From: Myxococcota bacterium
GTDB lineage: Bacteria; Myxococcota_A; UBA796; CAJQPC01
Direction of reading: 5' to 3'
Length of the DNA stretch: 64,000 nt
NCBI GenBank assembly: GCA_036012755.1
Contig: DASCPX010000127.1
Coordinates: 64,001 to 128,000 of the forward strand
Positions within the stretch are counted from its first letter, which is position 1, and every line of letters begins with the position of its first letter. The position numbers were made by a program, and so were the translations under genes. Of the stretch, positions 30,449 through 40,726 are shown in pieces. The notes beneath the pieces were generated by a model, which saw nothing but the letters and a program-made list of their open reading frames with translations, made no database searches and was not told the DNA's origin.

Positions 30449-31228
30449 GTGCAGGGCGTTCACGAGTTCCGGCTCCAGCTGCCGCGTCACGCCTTCGGTC
30501 CGGACCAGTACGCCCGACCGGGAGAGATCTGGCGGCTGTTCCAGGAGGCGGCGGTGCGGGCCTCGACCGAGTGCGGGTGGCCGCCCCAGCGCTACGCCGC
30601 GACCGAGACGGCCTTCGTCGTGACGGCCATGACCACCCGCCACGAGGGACGGATCCGATACGGCGACGATCTGCTCGTCGTCACCTGGCTCCGCGACTTC
30701 CGGCGCCGCATCCTCACGAAGCGGGAGATCCGCCTCTACCGGGGCGACGAGCTGGCCGCCGAGACGACCCAGCAGTGGGCTCATGTCGCGAAGACACCCT
30801 CTGGGATGGCGCCAGCGCCGGCGACGGACGCGCTCATCGACGCCTTCCATGCTCGGGACGATCTCGGGCCGGTCGTCGACCTGCCGGCCCTGGAGACGCG
30901 CGAGGAGCACGAGCCCCACACCTTCTCCTTCCAGTGCTGGCGGACCTGGATGGACCCCCTCGGCCACGCCAACCACCCCGCGTACCTCGACTGGTGCGAC
31001 GAGGCGGTCGCTCGCATGGCCCTGGCCAGGGGCGCATCAGAGGTCATCGCTTATGCGGAGCGCGTGCACTGGAAGGGCGCGGTGGTGGCGGGCGAGCAGG
31101 TGCACATAGAGACGACACCGGTGGGCAAGACCCGGTGCGGGGCATCGGTGCTGCGTCACGTCATCCGCACCGACGCCGAGCTCAAGGCCCGCGCTACGAC
31201 GATTCGGCGCTTCTTGCACGACGGCTGA
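30449..31228 (+). CDS. acyl-ACP thioesterase (double hotdog)
   Basis: LFQEAA, GDDLLVVTW, MDPLGHANHPAYLDW. Confidence 0.8.
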   Translation: MQGVHEFRLQLPRHAFGPDQYARPGEIWRLFQEAAVRASTECGWPPQRYAATETAFVVTAMTTRHEGRIRYGDDLLVVTWLRDFRRRILTKREIRLYRGDELAAETTQQWAHVAKTPSGMAPAPATDALIDAFHARDDLGPVVDLPALETREEHEPHTFSFQCWRTWMDPLGHANHPAYLDWCDEAVARMALARGASEVIAYAERVHWKGAVVAGEQVHIETTPVGKTRCGASVLRHVIRTDAELKARATTIRRFLHDG

Positions 31229-32060
31229 GAGTCGCCAGCCCGACGCCGAGGAGGATCAGCAGGCCGCCCGAGAGCTCGATGACCGTCGGGACCTCTGCCA
31301 GCACGACCAGGGCGAGCAGCGTGGCGCCCACGGGTTCGAGCAACAACAAGGCCGCGACGACAGTGGCCCGCACGTACCTGACAGAGAAGTTGAAGCCGAT
31401 GTGGCCGACGAGCTGTGGCAGCAGGGCCAGGCCGACCAGCGCCCCCCAGACCTTCGGCTCCCAGCCGGACAGCGGCAGCCCACGACAGAGCGCCACGAGC
31501 AAGAGCGCCAGCGCCGCGAAGCCGCAGACCAGGGCGCCATAGGGGGCGAACTCCACGCGCTGGCGCACACTCCGGCCGACGAGCAGGTAGGCGGAGCTGA
31601 GCATGCCGCCGACCAGCGCCAGCCCGTCGCCGAGCAGGGAGCCCGAGCCGGAGGTGTCATGGGCCATCCAGCCGACACCCATCAGCGCGACGAGGATGCC
31701 GAACCAGAAACGCCGAGAGGGCGGCTGGCGGAACACGGCCCACTCGGCGAGGCCGACCCAGATCGGCGCGAGGGTCACGAGCACGACGCTGCGCATCACC
31801 GAGATGTGGTGGAGCGATGCGAACCAGACCCAGAAGTGCAGGGCCAGCGCGACGCCGGCCAGGGCGCTCAGCGCGAGGTCCCTGGCCCCGACGCGCGCCC
31901 GGAAGAGGGTCGGCGCGAGCAGCGCGGCGCAGATCCCCGTGCGCCAGAAGGCGACGACCACCGGGTCGGCCGCGTCGGCGAGGACAGCGAGCACACCACC
32001 GGTGCTGATACCGAGCACCCCGGCGACGAGCGCGGGCACGACCAGGCGGCGGGGTTCCAT
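31194..32060 (-). CDS. DMT/EamA transporter
   Basis: About 10 TM segments; VVAFWR, ALHFWVWFASL, PQLVGH, LLEPV. Confidence 0.88.
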   Translation of the reverse strand: MEPRRLVVPALVAGVLGISTGGVLAVLADAADPVVVAFWRTGICAALLAPTLFRARVGARDLALSALAGVALALHFWVWFASLHHISVMRSVVLVTLAPIWVGLAEWAVFRQPPSRRFWFGILVALMGVGWMAHDTSGSGSLLGDGLALVGGMLSSAYLLVGRSVRQRVEFAPYGALVCGFAALALLLVALCRGLPLSGWEPKVWGALVGLALLPQLVGHIGFNFSVRYVRATVVAALLLLEPVGATLLALVVLAEVPTVIELSGGLLILLGVGLATLSRRARSAESS

Positions 32061-32081
32061 CGGGGGGACTGCTAACCTCGG

Positions 32082-33914
32082 GTGGTGCGCCGCATCCTGG
32101 CACTGAGTCTGCTGGCCGTCCTGCCCGCGGCAGCGCAGGACTCCGACGAACTCCACCTGCTCGCGGTCCATGGACTCCCGGAGATCTCCGGGCTGGCCTT
32201 CTCGCCCGACGGCACGCGCCTCTACGCCGCAGGGACCGACGATCTGGTCCGGGTCTTCGACAGCGCGGGGCTGTCCCTGCAGGACACCTACGGGCGCCGC
32301 GGCGCGCGCATGGATCACCTGAGTGTGTCCCCGGACGGCTACGTCGTCGCGGCTGGAGACCGGGATGGCGCGGTCACGCTCTTCGACGCCTGGACAGGCG
32401 AGGAGCTCTATCGATTCGGCGGGAACGGACGGCCGATCATCGGCCTGGCCTGGTCGGACGACGGCGGGACCCTCGGCATCGCCTCGATGCACGGCCCAAT
32501 CCGCCTGGTCGACGCCGAGTCCGGTCGCCCCATCCAGACCATCCAGACCCCGGGGGAGTGGCTCTCGCGCGTGGCCTTCCACCTCCAGACCGGCGTCGCT
32601 GCCGGCACCGGTCGCGATGGCCACGTGCGCATCTGGGAGCTGCGCTCGGGCATCGTCGTCCAGACCCTGGAGGTCGGCGCGGTCGAGACCACGCAGCTCG
32701 CCTTCTCACCGAGCGGCGAGAGCGTCGCCGGAGGGGACTGGGACGGACGGGTACGGATCTGGAACACGGAGACCGGCAAGCTCCGCGCCCGGATCACAGG
32801 CGCGGGCCGCACCGGCGGCCTGGTCTTCGTCGACGAGGACCGCCTCGTCGGTCGGGGCGCCGACGACGCACCCCTGGCGTGGAACATCACCGCCGGCACG
32901 GTAGTGGACTACGACCCGCCGCCTCGCTGGACTGGACTCCCGCCAGGGGAGCAGCCGGAGCCGGGGGCCGCCGACGGCGTCCACCAGCGCAACGACGCCG
33001 CATACAGCCCGCTCCTGGGCCAGGTCGCCGAGGCCTACGGCGACACCCTTCGCGTCTGGGACCTGGAGAGCCGCCAGGTCCTGGCCTCGAAGGACACCGG
33101 CCACGCGCCGGTCCGCAGCGTCGCGCTGTCCCCGGACGGCGCCCTGCTCGCCGTCGCCGACGCCAGCGGCAGCGTGCGCGTCCACGAGAGCCTCCGCGGC
33201 GGGGTGGTCGCTCACCTGGAGCTCCAGGACGGTCCGGCGCGCAGCGTGGACTTCTCACCAGACGGGACCAGGCTCGCCGTGGCCGGACCGGACCTCCACG
33301 TGCGGGTCTGGACCCCAGGCGCCGGCGAACCGCTCGAGGTGCTCTACGGCCACGAAGCCGAGCCCACCCAGGTGATCTACGGACGCGACCCGCTCTCCAC
33401 CGGACCCGACGGCCAGGTCCTCCGCTGGAAGGACGGAGAGCCCCGCGGCTTCACCGCCCACGAAGACGGCGTCGCCTGGATGGCCCTGGCCCCTGACGGG
33501 CGCATCGCGACCTGGCCGCTGGAGGAGGGCCCGGTTCGCGGATGGTTCGCCAGCGGCGAGGTGAGCTTCGTGAGCCGCCTCGAACACCCTGGCGGCGTCG
33601 GAGACTTCGGCAGCGCGGGCCTCGCGAGCGCCACGGAGGATGACCTGGGGATGCTCGACGGCTGGACCGGTGTCCGGCGACCTCTGTCTCCGAGCTCGAC
33701 CCGGTTGCTGAGCCTGACCTGGTCTCCCGACAACCGCCTCCTCGCCGGAGGGACACGAGGGGGCTCCGTCCACGTGCTCGACGCCAGGACCGGTCAGCTG
33801 GAGGTCAGCCTGCGGGGCCACGCCGGCGGCGTCCGAACCGTCGCCTGGTCCGACGACGGCCAGATCCTCGCATCCGGCTCCGATGACGGAACCGTGCGGG
33901 TCTGGACCCGCTAG
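32082..33914 (+). CDS. secreted WD40-repeat protein
   Basis: Many FSPDG...DG.VRIW repeats, signal peptide. Confidence 0.88.
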   Translation: MVRRILALSLLAVLPAAAQDSDELHLLAVHGLPEISGLAFSPDGTRLYAAGTDDLVRVFDSAGLSLQDTYGRRGARMDHLSVSPDGYVVAAGDRDGAVTLFDAWTGEELYRFGGNGRPIIGLAWSDDGGTLGIASMHGPIRLVDAESGRPIQTIQTPGEWLSRVAFHLQTGVAAGTGRDGHVRIWELRSGIVVQTLEVGAVETTQLAFSPSGESVAGGDWDGRVRIWNTETGKLRARITGAGRTGGLVFVDEDRLVGRGADDAPLAWNITAGTVVDYDPPPRWTGLPPGEQPEPGAADGVHQRNDAAYSPLLGQVAEAYGDTLRVWDLESRQVLASKDTGHAPVRSVALSPDGALLAVADASGSVRVHESLRGGVVAHLELQDGPARSVDFSPDGTRLAVAGPDLHVRVWTPGAGEPLEVLYGHEAEPTQVIYGRDPLSTGPDGQVLRWKDGEPRGFTAHEDGVAWMALAPDGRIATWPLEEGPVRGWFASGEVSFVSRLEHPGGVGDFGSAGLASATEDDLGMLDGWTGVRRPLSPSSTRLLSLTWSPDNRLLAGGTRGGSVHVLDARTGQLEVSLRGHAGGVRTVAWSDDGQILASGSDDGTVRVWTR

Positions 33915-34954
33915 AGATCGTTGATGATGTAGTCGATGTAGGGCAGCCCGTCGTCGCGCTTGGCCTGGGCCGTGTAGCGGAAGCTCGAGAAGACGACCCG
34001 GCCCTTGCCGTCGCTGAAGCTCACCAGCATCGGCGAGGCGGCGATCGTGTAGTCGTCGAAGCCGTCGCGCCAGGTCGCGTCACCCGTCAGGTGGATCGTG
34101 GCGTCGGCGCCCACGGACTCGACGACCGGCCACTCGATGAGGTCATAGACGACGACCACGTCGGCCCCCACGGCCTCGCCCATGTCCTTGTCCGTGACGT
34201 GGGCCGTGACGCCTCCGGTCTCACCACGCTGAGCTTCGTCCGGGACGAGGTCGTCTCCCAGGAACTCTATGCGGTCCGGCCAGAGCCCCTCGACCACGTC
34301 ATAGCTCCAGTCGGTGGCGTAGAGCGTGCCGCCTTGCTGGACGTAGGTGAGCAGGTTGGCCTGGACCTGGGCGATGGTCGCCGCGTCGCCGTCGCCGTCG
34401 GTGTCGTAGAAGACGTCCTCTTCGATGTGGCCGCCGTCGAGGAAGACCTTCTCGTACTCCAGCAGGGAGTCGATGTTGCCGAGGAACTCGACGAGCTCGT
34501 CGCCGGTCTGGCCATTGACGACGTCGTAGGCCGGGATGCCGACCGCCGGGAGGACCTTGTCGAAGTCGTCGTAGTCACCGGTGATGACCACCACTTCGCC
34601 GCCACCGCCGCCGCAGCTCGGCGTGTCGAGCTCCACGCCGCCGGCCTCGGGCAGCTTGATCTCGAACTGGTCGATCATCTCGCTTCCGAACTGGACGTAG
34701 ATCATGTAGGCGCGGTCCACCGGCAGCCCCGTGAGCGCGAACAGCCCGGTCTCGTCGGTGATCGACTGCACCGTGTCGTAGAGCACGTTGTCGCCGTCGA
34801 AGAGGTGGGTGTAGACCGTCGCCCCCTCGAGCCAGGTGTCGGTGTAGGGGCTGCAGATGCGGCCCGAGATGGTCGTGTCGTCGCCCGCGCTGACATCCTC
34901 GATGTTGTGGAGGGTGTTGTCGGGAGCGCAAGCGAGCAGGATGAGGTTGAGCAT
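33911..34954 (-). CDS. lipoprotein with carboxypeptidase-regulatory-like (beta-sandwich) N-domain and GATase-like C-domain
   Basis: [15 protein letters not shown]...GATV...TDETGLFAL, VITGDYD, YVQQGGTLYATDWSY, GKGRVVFSSF. Confidence 0.65.
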   Translation of the reverse strand: MLNLILLACAPDNTLHNIEDVSAGDDTTISGRICSPYTDTWLEGATVYTHLFDGDNVLYDTVQSITDETGLFALTGLPVDRAYMIYVQFGSEMIDQFEIKLPEAGGVELDTPSCGGGGGEVVVITGDYDDFDKVLPAVGIPAYDVVNGQTGDELVEFLGNIDSLLEYEKVFLDGGHIEEDVFYDTDGDGDAATIAQVQANLLTYVQQGGTLYATDWSYDVVEGLWPDRIEFLGDDLVPDEAQRGETGGVTAHVTDKDMGEAVGADVVVVYDLIEWPVVESVGADATIHLTGDATWRDGFDDYTIAASPMLVSFSDGKGRVVFSSFRYTAQAKRDDGLPYIDYIINDL

Positions 34955-36960
34955 CAGTAGCTGCTCCCGGGGACGAGGACGTAGATGTCCATGGTGTCGA
35001 GCAGGACGCTGTCGTCTCCGACGACGTTGAGCGTGAGCTGGAAGACCTGGTCCTCGTCGGTGGCCGCGACGGCGCCGCGGAACTCGAGCTGGAAGTCGAT
35101 CTCCTGGCCCGTGACGGCCCCGGAGAGCTCGTATGACTCCGGCTGGATGTCGGTCACGAAGCCGTAGGGGTCGTTCTCGACCTGCAGGCTGACCGTGGAG
35201 AAGCGCACATCGCTGACAAGGTCCTCGATGGCGTCTGTGATGGTCTTCCGCAGCGTCGAGGAGCCGCCGCTCCAGCTGTAGACCAGCGGCGTGCCGCCGA
35301 TCTTGGAGCCCGTGGCGTTGGCCAGGGTCTTCATCTGGGCCGAGGGCAGCGAGCTGTAGGTGTGGATGCCGATGAGGTAGGCGCCGATGTCGCCGGCGGC
35401 GGCGATCACGTCGCTGGAGCCTGCGTCGAGGGGGCAGCCTCCCGGCGTGCCGTTGTAGCTGTTGTTGCTGCTGTCCGGGTCCCGCAGGTAGTTGTCGGTC
35501 GCGTAGACGATGATCGGCATCGAGTACTCGCGGAAGCCGTAGCCGCCGATGTCACCGCCACCGCTGGTGCTGCCGGACTGGGCGCCGGACTCGCTGCCTC
35601 CGAAGGCGTCGCTGGAGTCCTGGATGAAGCTGCGCACGTCGGTGCTGCTGTCGTAGCGCCCGTTGCAGTTCTGGTCGTAGCCGACGCCGGTCAGGCCCTG
35701 GTAGAGCGCCTCCATGCCGGACTCGGGTCCGTCGACCCCGTAGTGCGTGGGGATGGTGTTCATCTTGCCCTGGAGCGTGCTCACGTCGCTGGTGATCTGC
35801 TGGAGCAGGATGAAGGGCTTGTCCCCGGAGGAGGGGGACCCGTAGCTGCCGTAGGCATAGTCGTCGTAGGTGGCCAGCCCGTACTCGGCCTCTGGGATCG
35901 TCGTGGAGAGCGTGCTGACGATCTGGCTGAACTCGCTGCCCATCGCGTTGATCGTCGAGCCCATCGACCCCGTCGTGTCGATGAGGAAGGCGATGTCCCC
36001 CATCTGGATGTTCAGCACGAAGGCGAAGTCCTCTTCGACGGTCGCGCGCTCTTCGACCTCGACGTAGACCCCCTCGATGATGCTGTCGCTGTCGTTCGGA
36101 TCGGAGCCGGCGCTGACCTCTGCCCCGTCGGCGTAGCCGTCGCCGTCCGTGTCGTCGTTCCAGGGGTCGGTGCCGGTCACGTAGATCTCGTCGAAGTCCG
36201 AGATCCCGTCGCCGTCGTCGTCCGTGTCGGCGAAGTCGTAGATGCCGTCGCCGTCCGTGTCCTTCGGCTCCTCTGTCGGGCCGCCGGTGCCACCCTCGAT
36301 CGAGTCCGGCACCCCGTTTCCGTCACTGTCCTCGTCGAGGTAGTCGGGCACGCCGTCGCCGTCGGAGTCGTTGGGCTCGTCCTCCCACTGGTTGACGCCA
36401 CCCTCCCAGATGTCGCCGATGCCGTCCCCGTCGCTGTCGTTGTCGTGGTAGTCGGGGGTCCCGTCGCCGTCGGTGTCCGGGGCGCCGCAGTCCTCGCCGA
36501 TCTCGATGGAGTCCTTGATGCCGTCGCCGTCGTCGTCGAGGTCCGCGAAGTTGAGGATGCCGTCGCCGTCGGGGTCCTCTCCCCCCTCCTCGGCGTCAGG
36601 AATGCAGTTGTTGTCGCTGTCGCGGTCGCGGAAGTCGGGCGTGCCGTCGGCGTCGGAGTCCCAGGGCAGCGTGAGCACGTCGGTGTCGCCTGCCTCGAGC
36701 GAGTCGTCGACGCCGTCGTCGTCTGAGTCGGTGTCGAGGTGATCAGGGGTGCCGTCGCCGTCGGTGTCTTCTTCGAGGACGATCTCGTCGCCGTCCTCGT
36801 CGATCTCCCCCGTGTTCTCCCAGCCCTCGTGCATGTCGAGGATCGAGTCGTCGTCGCTGTCGACGTAGGAGACTGGAGGTCCTTCACCCGAGTCATCGCT
36901 GGCGGTGTCGCCATTGCAGCCAGCGAGCGCGAGTAGGACCACGACAGAGCGCAAGATCAT
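34954..36960 (-). CDS. lipoprotein adhesin with TSP3-like Ca-binding repeats and vWA domain (CglD/integrin-beta-like)
   Basis: LALAGC lipobox, many DxDxDGxPD repeats, [25 protein letters not shown]. Confidence 0.8.
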   Translation of the reverse strand: MILRSVVVLLALAGCNGDTASDDSGEGPPVSYVDSDDDSILDMHEGWENTGEIDEDGDEIVLEEDTDGDGTPDHLDTDSDDDGVDDSLEAGDTDVLTLPWDSDADGTPDFRDRDSDNNCIPDAEEGGEDPDGDGILNFADLDDDGDGIKDSIEIGEDCGAPDTDGDGTPDYHDNDSDGDGIGDIWEGGVNQWEDEPNDSDGDGVPDYLDEDSDGNGVPDSIEGGTGGPTEEPKDTDGDGIYDFADTDDDGDGISDFDEIYVTGTDPWNDDTDGDGYADGAEVSAGSDPNDSDSIIEGVYVEVEERATVEEDFAFVLNIQMGDIAFLIDTTGSMGSTINAMGSEFSQIVSTLSTTIPEAEYGLATYDDYAYGSYGSPSSGDKPFILLQQITSDVSTLQGKMNTIPTHYGVDGPESGMEALYQGLTGVGYDQNCNGRYDSSTDVRSFIQDSSDAFGGSESGAQSGSTSGGGDIGGYGFREYSMPIIVYATDNYLRDPDSSNNSYNGTPGGCPLDAGSSDVIAAAGDIGAYLIGIHTYSSLPSAQMKTLANATGSKIGGTPLVYSWSGGSSTLRKTITDAIEDLVSDVRFSTVSLQVENDPYGFVTDIQPESYELSGAVTGQEIDFQLEFRGAVAATDEDQVFQLTLNVVGDDSVLLDTMDIYVLVPGSSY

Positions 36961-37034
36961 GACAGCTCCTGGTGGTGCCCGGGCGGCGCGTAGGGTAGCC
37001 GCGTCCGAGGCCCTCCACAATCAGAGTTTGCGAC

Positions 37035-37667
37035 ATGCGCGTGCCGGAAGCACCACACATCGCAGCGCCCTTCGTCCTTGCAGGGCTCCTGGCCTGCGGC
37101 GATGCACAGCCGGAGCCCGACGGCGACGCGGTCTACCTGGTGGCGATGGCACAGGAGTCGGCGGACGCGGCCGGGCTCGTCTGTGACGGCATCCCCTCAC
37201 CTGCGCTACGCGGTGAGTGCGCCTTCTTCGCGGCCAGGGAACAAGGTCACCCAGAGGGCCTGTTCCTCTGCCCGGACGGCGACTGGGGCCGGCTCTGCCG
37301 ATTCGAGCTCTACGACCGGGGCGGCCTGATCGGCGAGGAGGCCCGCGCCGCATGCGCAGGGCTCGGTGACATCGAGGACCAGTGCCGGAGTCACGCGCTC
37401 CAGCGGGAGCTGGAGGCGCTGGCGGAGACGGAGCCACCCTGGGATGTCTCGGTCTTCGCGGACTACGGGATCGAAGAGGACGCAGTGGTGCTGGCCGCTC
37501 TCCACGCCGCGACCGGTGAGCCCTGCTTGGAGAGCTCGGAGGCTTGCGGACTCGTTGACGACGTCCTCGCGACCTGGGCCGGCGAGGACCGGGGACTCGA
37601 CAAGAGGCTCGGCGCCTGGCGGATGCGCCAGCGACCGAGGTGGGAGCGACGCTTCCCGGCGCGCTGA
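37035..37667 (+). CDS. Cys-rich hypothetical lipoprotein
   Basis: LAGLLAC lipobox, repeated Cys pairs. Confidence 0.6.
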   Translation: MRVPEAPHIAAPFVLAGLLACGDAQPEPDGDAVYLVAMAQESADAAGLVCDGIPSPALRGECAFFAAREQGHPEGLFLCPDGDWGRLCRFELYDRGGLIGEEARAACAGLGDIEDQCRSHALQRELEALAETEPPWDVSVFADYGIEEDAVVLAALHAATGEPCLESSEACGLVDDVLATWAGEDRGLDKRLGAWRMRQRPRWERRFPAR

Positions 37668-37734
37668 GGCCGCAGTGCTTGACGCCAGACGGTCATTGGT
37701 GTTGATTCGGTGGCGGCCTCACCAGGGAGCTACG

Positions 37735-38277
37735 GTGGCGGAAGTCGCAGAGCGCCTCGCGCTGACCCTGAAGCAGATGCGGCGGATGCGAGGTCTCACC
37801 CAGCATCGCCTGGCCCTTCTCTCGGGCGTGCCCCGGCCGACCATCGCGAACCTCGAGTCCGGCAGCGCGAACCCCACGCTCCACGTCCTGACACGGGTCG
37901 CAGCTGCCCTCCAGGTCAGCCTCGAGGAACTCGTCGCGGCCCCCCCACCGATGGCGCGGTTCTACGAGGCCGACCAGCTGGCGTCAGAGCTCCGCGGCGA
38001 GGTCCTGATCCGCCAGCTGCTGCCCGACGCCATCCCCGGCGTGGTGATGGAGCGCATGTGGCTGCCCATGGGGAGCGCTGTCACCGGCGTGCCCCATCAG
38101 CCGGGGACTCGGGAGTACCTGACCTGCGAGGTGGGTCGTCTCCGGCTCGAGGCCAGCGGTGAGATCCACAAGCTGGAGCCCGGGGACGTCGTCGTCTTCC
38201 GGGGCGATCAGGAGCACCGCTACGCCAACATCGCCCGCCGGCGGACCGTGGCCTATGCGCTCGTCATGCCGAGCTGA
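37735..38277 (+). CDS. XRE-family HTH-cupin transcriptional regulator
   Basis: LKQMRRMRGLTQ..LA..SGV...IANLESGSANPTL; HQPGTREY, GDVVVFRGDQEHRYAN. Confidence 0.9.
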   Translation: MAEVAERLALTLKQMRRMRGLTQHRLALLSGVPRPTIANLESGSANPTLHVLTRVAAALQVSLEELVAAPPPMARFYEADQLASELRGEVLIRQLLPDAIPGVVMERMWLPMGSAVTGVPHQPGTREYLTCEVGRLRLEASGEIHKLEPGDVVVFRGDQEHRYANIARRRTVAYALVMPS

Positions 38278-38332
38278 TGTAAGGAACCCCAACCCCCGGT
38301 CGTTGTCGTGGTGAGCAGAAACTGGAGCCACC

Positions 38333-38572
38333 ATGATCCTCGCCCTCTTCTTGTCCATCTCCCCCGAGGCCGAAGCATGCGGAATGCCGCACGACTACCA
38401 GATGAGCCTGGCCGCAATGATGGAGGAGGTCGAGGCCGTGCCGGAGCTCATCTTCGAGGCCGCGCCGACGACCCCGGCGGAGGCCTTCGAGCTGCTCGCC
38501 CCTCCAGTCGAGAACGAGCTCGACGTGCCGGAGCAGCAGCAGCAGCCGGCCTCCTCGGCGCCGGTCTCCTAG
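38333..38572 (+). CDS. small secreted acidic protein
   Basis: GGAG SD, signal peptide MILALFLSISPEAEA, strong GC3 codon pattern. Confidence 0.6.
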   Translation: MILALFLSISPEAEACGMPHDYQMSLAAMMEEVEAVPELIFEAAPTTPAEAFELLAPPVENELDVPEQQQQPASSAPVS

Positions 38573-39660
38573 CCTCCTCGGCCCTCGCCGGACCGGCGAC
38601 AGAGGCCTTCGAGCGCGGGAATTGCAACCTCTGCCACACGGGCGTACCGGAGGTCGCGGAGGCCACCCGCGTCGAGAGCTGCACCGAGTGCCACATCTGG
38701 GTCCGCGAGGTCAGCGCAGATCCCGCCATGCGCGAGAGGGCCCTCGCGGCCTTCCCCAACTGGGAGCGCTACGAGCACAACGTCGCCTCCTACCTCGTGG
38801 TGCCGTCCCTGGACGCCGCCATGGTGCGTCTCGACCCGGAGAAGATCGAGAGCTGGCTGGCCGACCCCCACGACCTCCGTCCGGGCCTGCCCGAGACGAT
38901 GCCGCGCTTCGACCTGAGCCCCGAGGAGCTCGCCGCGATCGGAGCCGCCTTCGCCGCCGCCCAGGAGCCGGTGCCCGCGACCCCGGCACCGAGCGAGGAG
39001 AACGTCGCCGCTGGAGCGGCCCTCTTCGTCGAGAAGGCCTGCACCACCTGCCACGCACTGGGCGGGCTTCACACCGGGGGGATCCCGACGGCGCCGGACC
39101 TCGCCCACACCCGTGATCGGATGGACCCCGACCGCACGGTCGCCTGGATCCTGGACCCACGAGGAATGTCAGCTGGGGGCATGATGCCGAGGATGCCGAT
39201 GACGACCGAAGAAGCCGTCGCGATCCGCGACTACATCTTCCTCGTCGATCCGGAGTGGAGCGAGGCGCCGCCGCTGTCCCCAACGGTCGTGGCGTCCACC
39301 GCGCCGACCTCCTGGGACGAGGTGAACGAGCGGGTCTTCGGCAAGATCTGCGCCCACTGCCACATGGACCCCGAACAGAACCAGGGCCGCGCCGGACCGG
39401 GCAACGCCGGGGGCTTCGGCTACGCGGCGACCGGCATCGAGCTCCAGACCTACGAGGGGGTCGTGGCCGCCGCGGATCGCATCACGGCGTCGCTCGACAG
39501 ACGCCGCGCAGAGGCCCACCGCGACGTGGTCGACTACGGGGAGCGACCGGCGACCCTCACGCGACCGGAGGCCCCCGGCATGCCGCTGGGGCTCCCGCCA
39601 CTGAGCGACGAGGACCATGCGCTCGTGCTCGCATGGATCGAACAGGGCTTTCCCAAGTAG
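38377..39660 (+). CDS. tetraheme c-type cytochrome (start uncertain)
   Basis: CNLCH, CTECH, CTTCH, CAHCH; MP axial-ligand motifs; WIEQG end. Confidence 0.8.
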   Translation: MRNAARLPDEPGRNDGGGRGRAGAHLRGRADDPGGGLRAARPSSRERARRAGAAAAAGLLGAGLLASSALAGPATEAFERGNCNLCHTGVPEVAEATRVESCTECHIWVREVSADPAMRERALAAFPNWERYEHNVASYLVVPSLDAAMVRLDPEKIESWLADPHDLRPGLPETMPRFDLSPEELAAIGAAFAAAQEPVPATPAPSEENVAAGAALFVEKACTTCHALGGLHTGGIPTAPDLAHTRDRMDPDRTVAWILDPRGMSAGGMMPRMPMTTEEAVAIRDYIFLVDPEWSEAPPLSPTVVASTAPTSWDEVNERVFGKICAHCHMDPEQNQGRAGPGNAGGFGYAATGIELQTYEGVVAAADRITASLDRRRAEAHRDVVDYGERPATLTRPEAPGMPLGLPPLSDEDHALVLAWIEQGFPK

Positions 39661-39664
39661 CGGA

Positions 39665-40654
39665 TCAGGCGGCGGAGGCCTTGCGCACGGCCTCGCCCAG
39701 GACCCTCGGGAGGAGCTCGCGTGTCTCGGCGAGCGTCTTCTTGAGCAGGACTCCGGCGGCCCGCTCGTGGCCACCCCCAGATGGGTGCAGGACCTGAGCC
39801 AAGCGGGCGACGTCGACCTTGCCGCGGCTCCGGAGGCTCAGCTTGACGAGTCCGGGGCCGCGCTCGACCAGGAGCACGGAGATCTGCACGCCCTCGGTGT
39901 AGAGCAGGGTCTCGACGATGCCCTCGACGTCGCTCAGCCTGCTGCCGAGCTCCTCGATGAGCTCGGCAGAGACGATGCCCTGAACGACCGCTCCGTCCTC
40001 GTGGTAGGTGCAGGTGTCGAGGACGCGAGCCTTCAGCGCCATGCCCGGGCGACGGCGCTCCATGAGCACGCGGATGGCGATCGCGCTGTGGTCGATGCCC
40101 TCGTCGAGCAGGCGGGCGGCCATGCGGTGGGTGGACGCCGAGGCGTTGCTGTACCGGAAGCCGCCGGTGTCGAAGATGATGCCCGCGTAGAGCAGCTGGG
40201 CGAAGACCTCGTCGAGCTGGACTCCCCAGGCGTCCATCATCTCGAGCACCATCTCGCAGGTCGAGGCCGCGTCGCGGTCGATCACGGCGAGGGTGTAGCC
40301 GTCCCCTCTAGTCGTGTCGTGGTGGTCGACGATGGCGGTCGTGGCCGAGGTTCGGAAGGCGAGGTCGACGCTCGGAGAGAGCCGGGTCTTGTCTCCGTCG
40401 AGCACCACCACGAGGTCGTAGGGCCCGGCGACGCGCCGATCCGGGATCATCCGGTCGGATCCGGGCATCCAGGCGTAGCGGAAGGACGCGACCCCAGCCA
40501 CGTCGACCTGGGCGCCCGCGATCTCGCGGATGGCCCGCTGAAGGGCAAGGCACGCGCCGATACTGTCACCGTCCGGGTCCTCTGGCCCCGTGAGCAGGAC
40601 GCGCTCCGCTCCCTCGATCAGTCGGCGCATCGCGGCGGTGTCGAGCGTGGCCAT
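39665..40654 (-). CDS. nrnA: DHH-family oligoribonuclease/pAp phosphatase NrnA
   Basis: PDGDSIG, VDHH, DTGGFRY, KLSLRS, GGGHERAAG. Confidence 0.88.
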   Translation of the reverse strand: MATLDTAAMRRLIEGAERVLLTGPEDPDGDSIGACLALQRAIREIAGAQVDVAGVASFRYAWMPGSDRMIPDRRVAGPYDLVVVLDGDKTRLSPSVDLAFRTSATTAIVDHHDTTRGDGYTLAVIDRDAASTCEMVLEMMDAWGVQLDEVFAQLLYAGIIFDTGGFRYSNASASTHRMAARLLDEGIDHSAIAIRVLMERRRPGMALKARVLDTCTYHEDGAVVQGIVSAELIEELGSRLSDVEGIVETLLYTEGVQISVLLVERGPGLVKLSLRSRGKVDVARLAQVLHPSGGGHERAAGVLLKKTLAETRELLPRVLGEAVRKASAA

Positions 40655-40726
40655 CCCTGGCTCCGACCCAGAAAAGAAGCCAGTCTAACGGTGGCCCGTA
40701 CCCATGCCAACCGATACGGGGCGCGG

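Noticed and set aside
36080..36870. Dense gtcgccgtc-type repeats resembling an array
   Set aside because: They encode DxDxDG calcium-binding repeats; no constant repeat/unique spacer pattern and no cas genes
39617..40726. Long N-terminal extensions on the helicase, Hsp70 (18315), fusion enzyme (44224) and nuclease (63735) ORF calls
   Set aside because: Extensions overlap real neighbouring genes; downstream starts fit motifs and spacing
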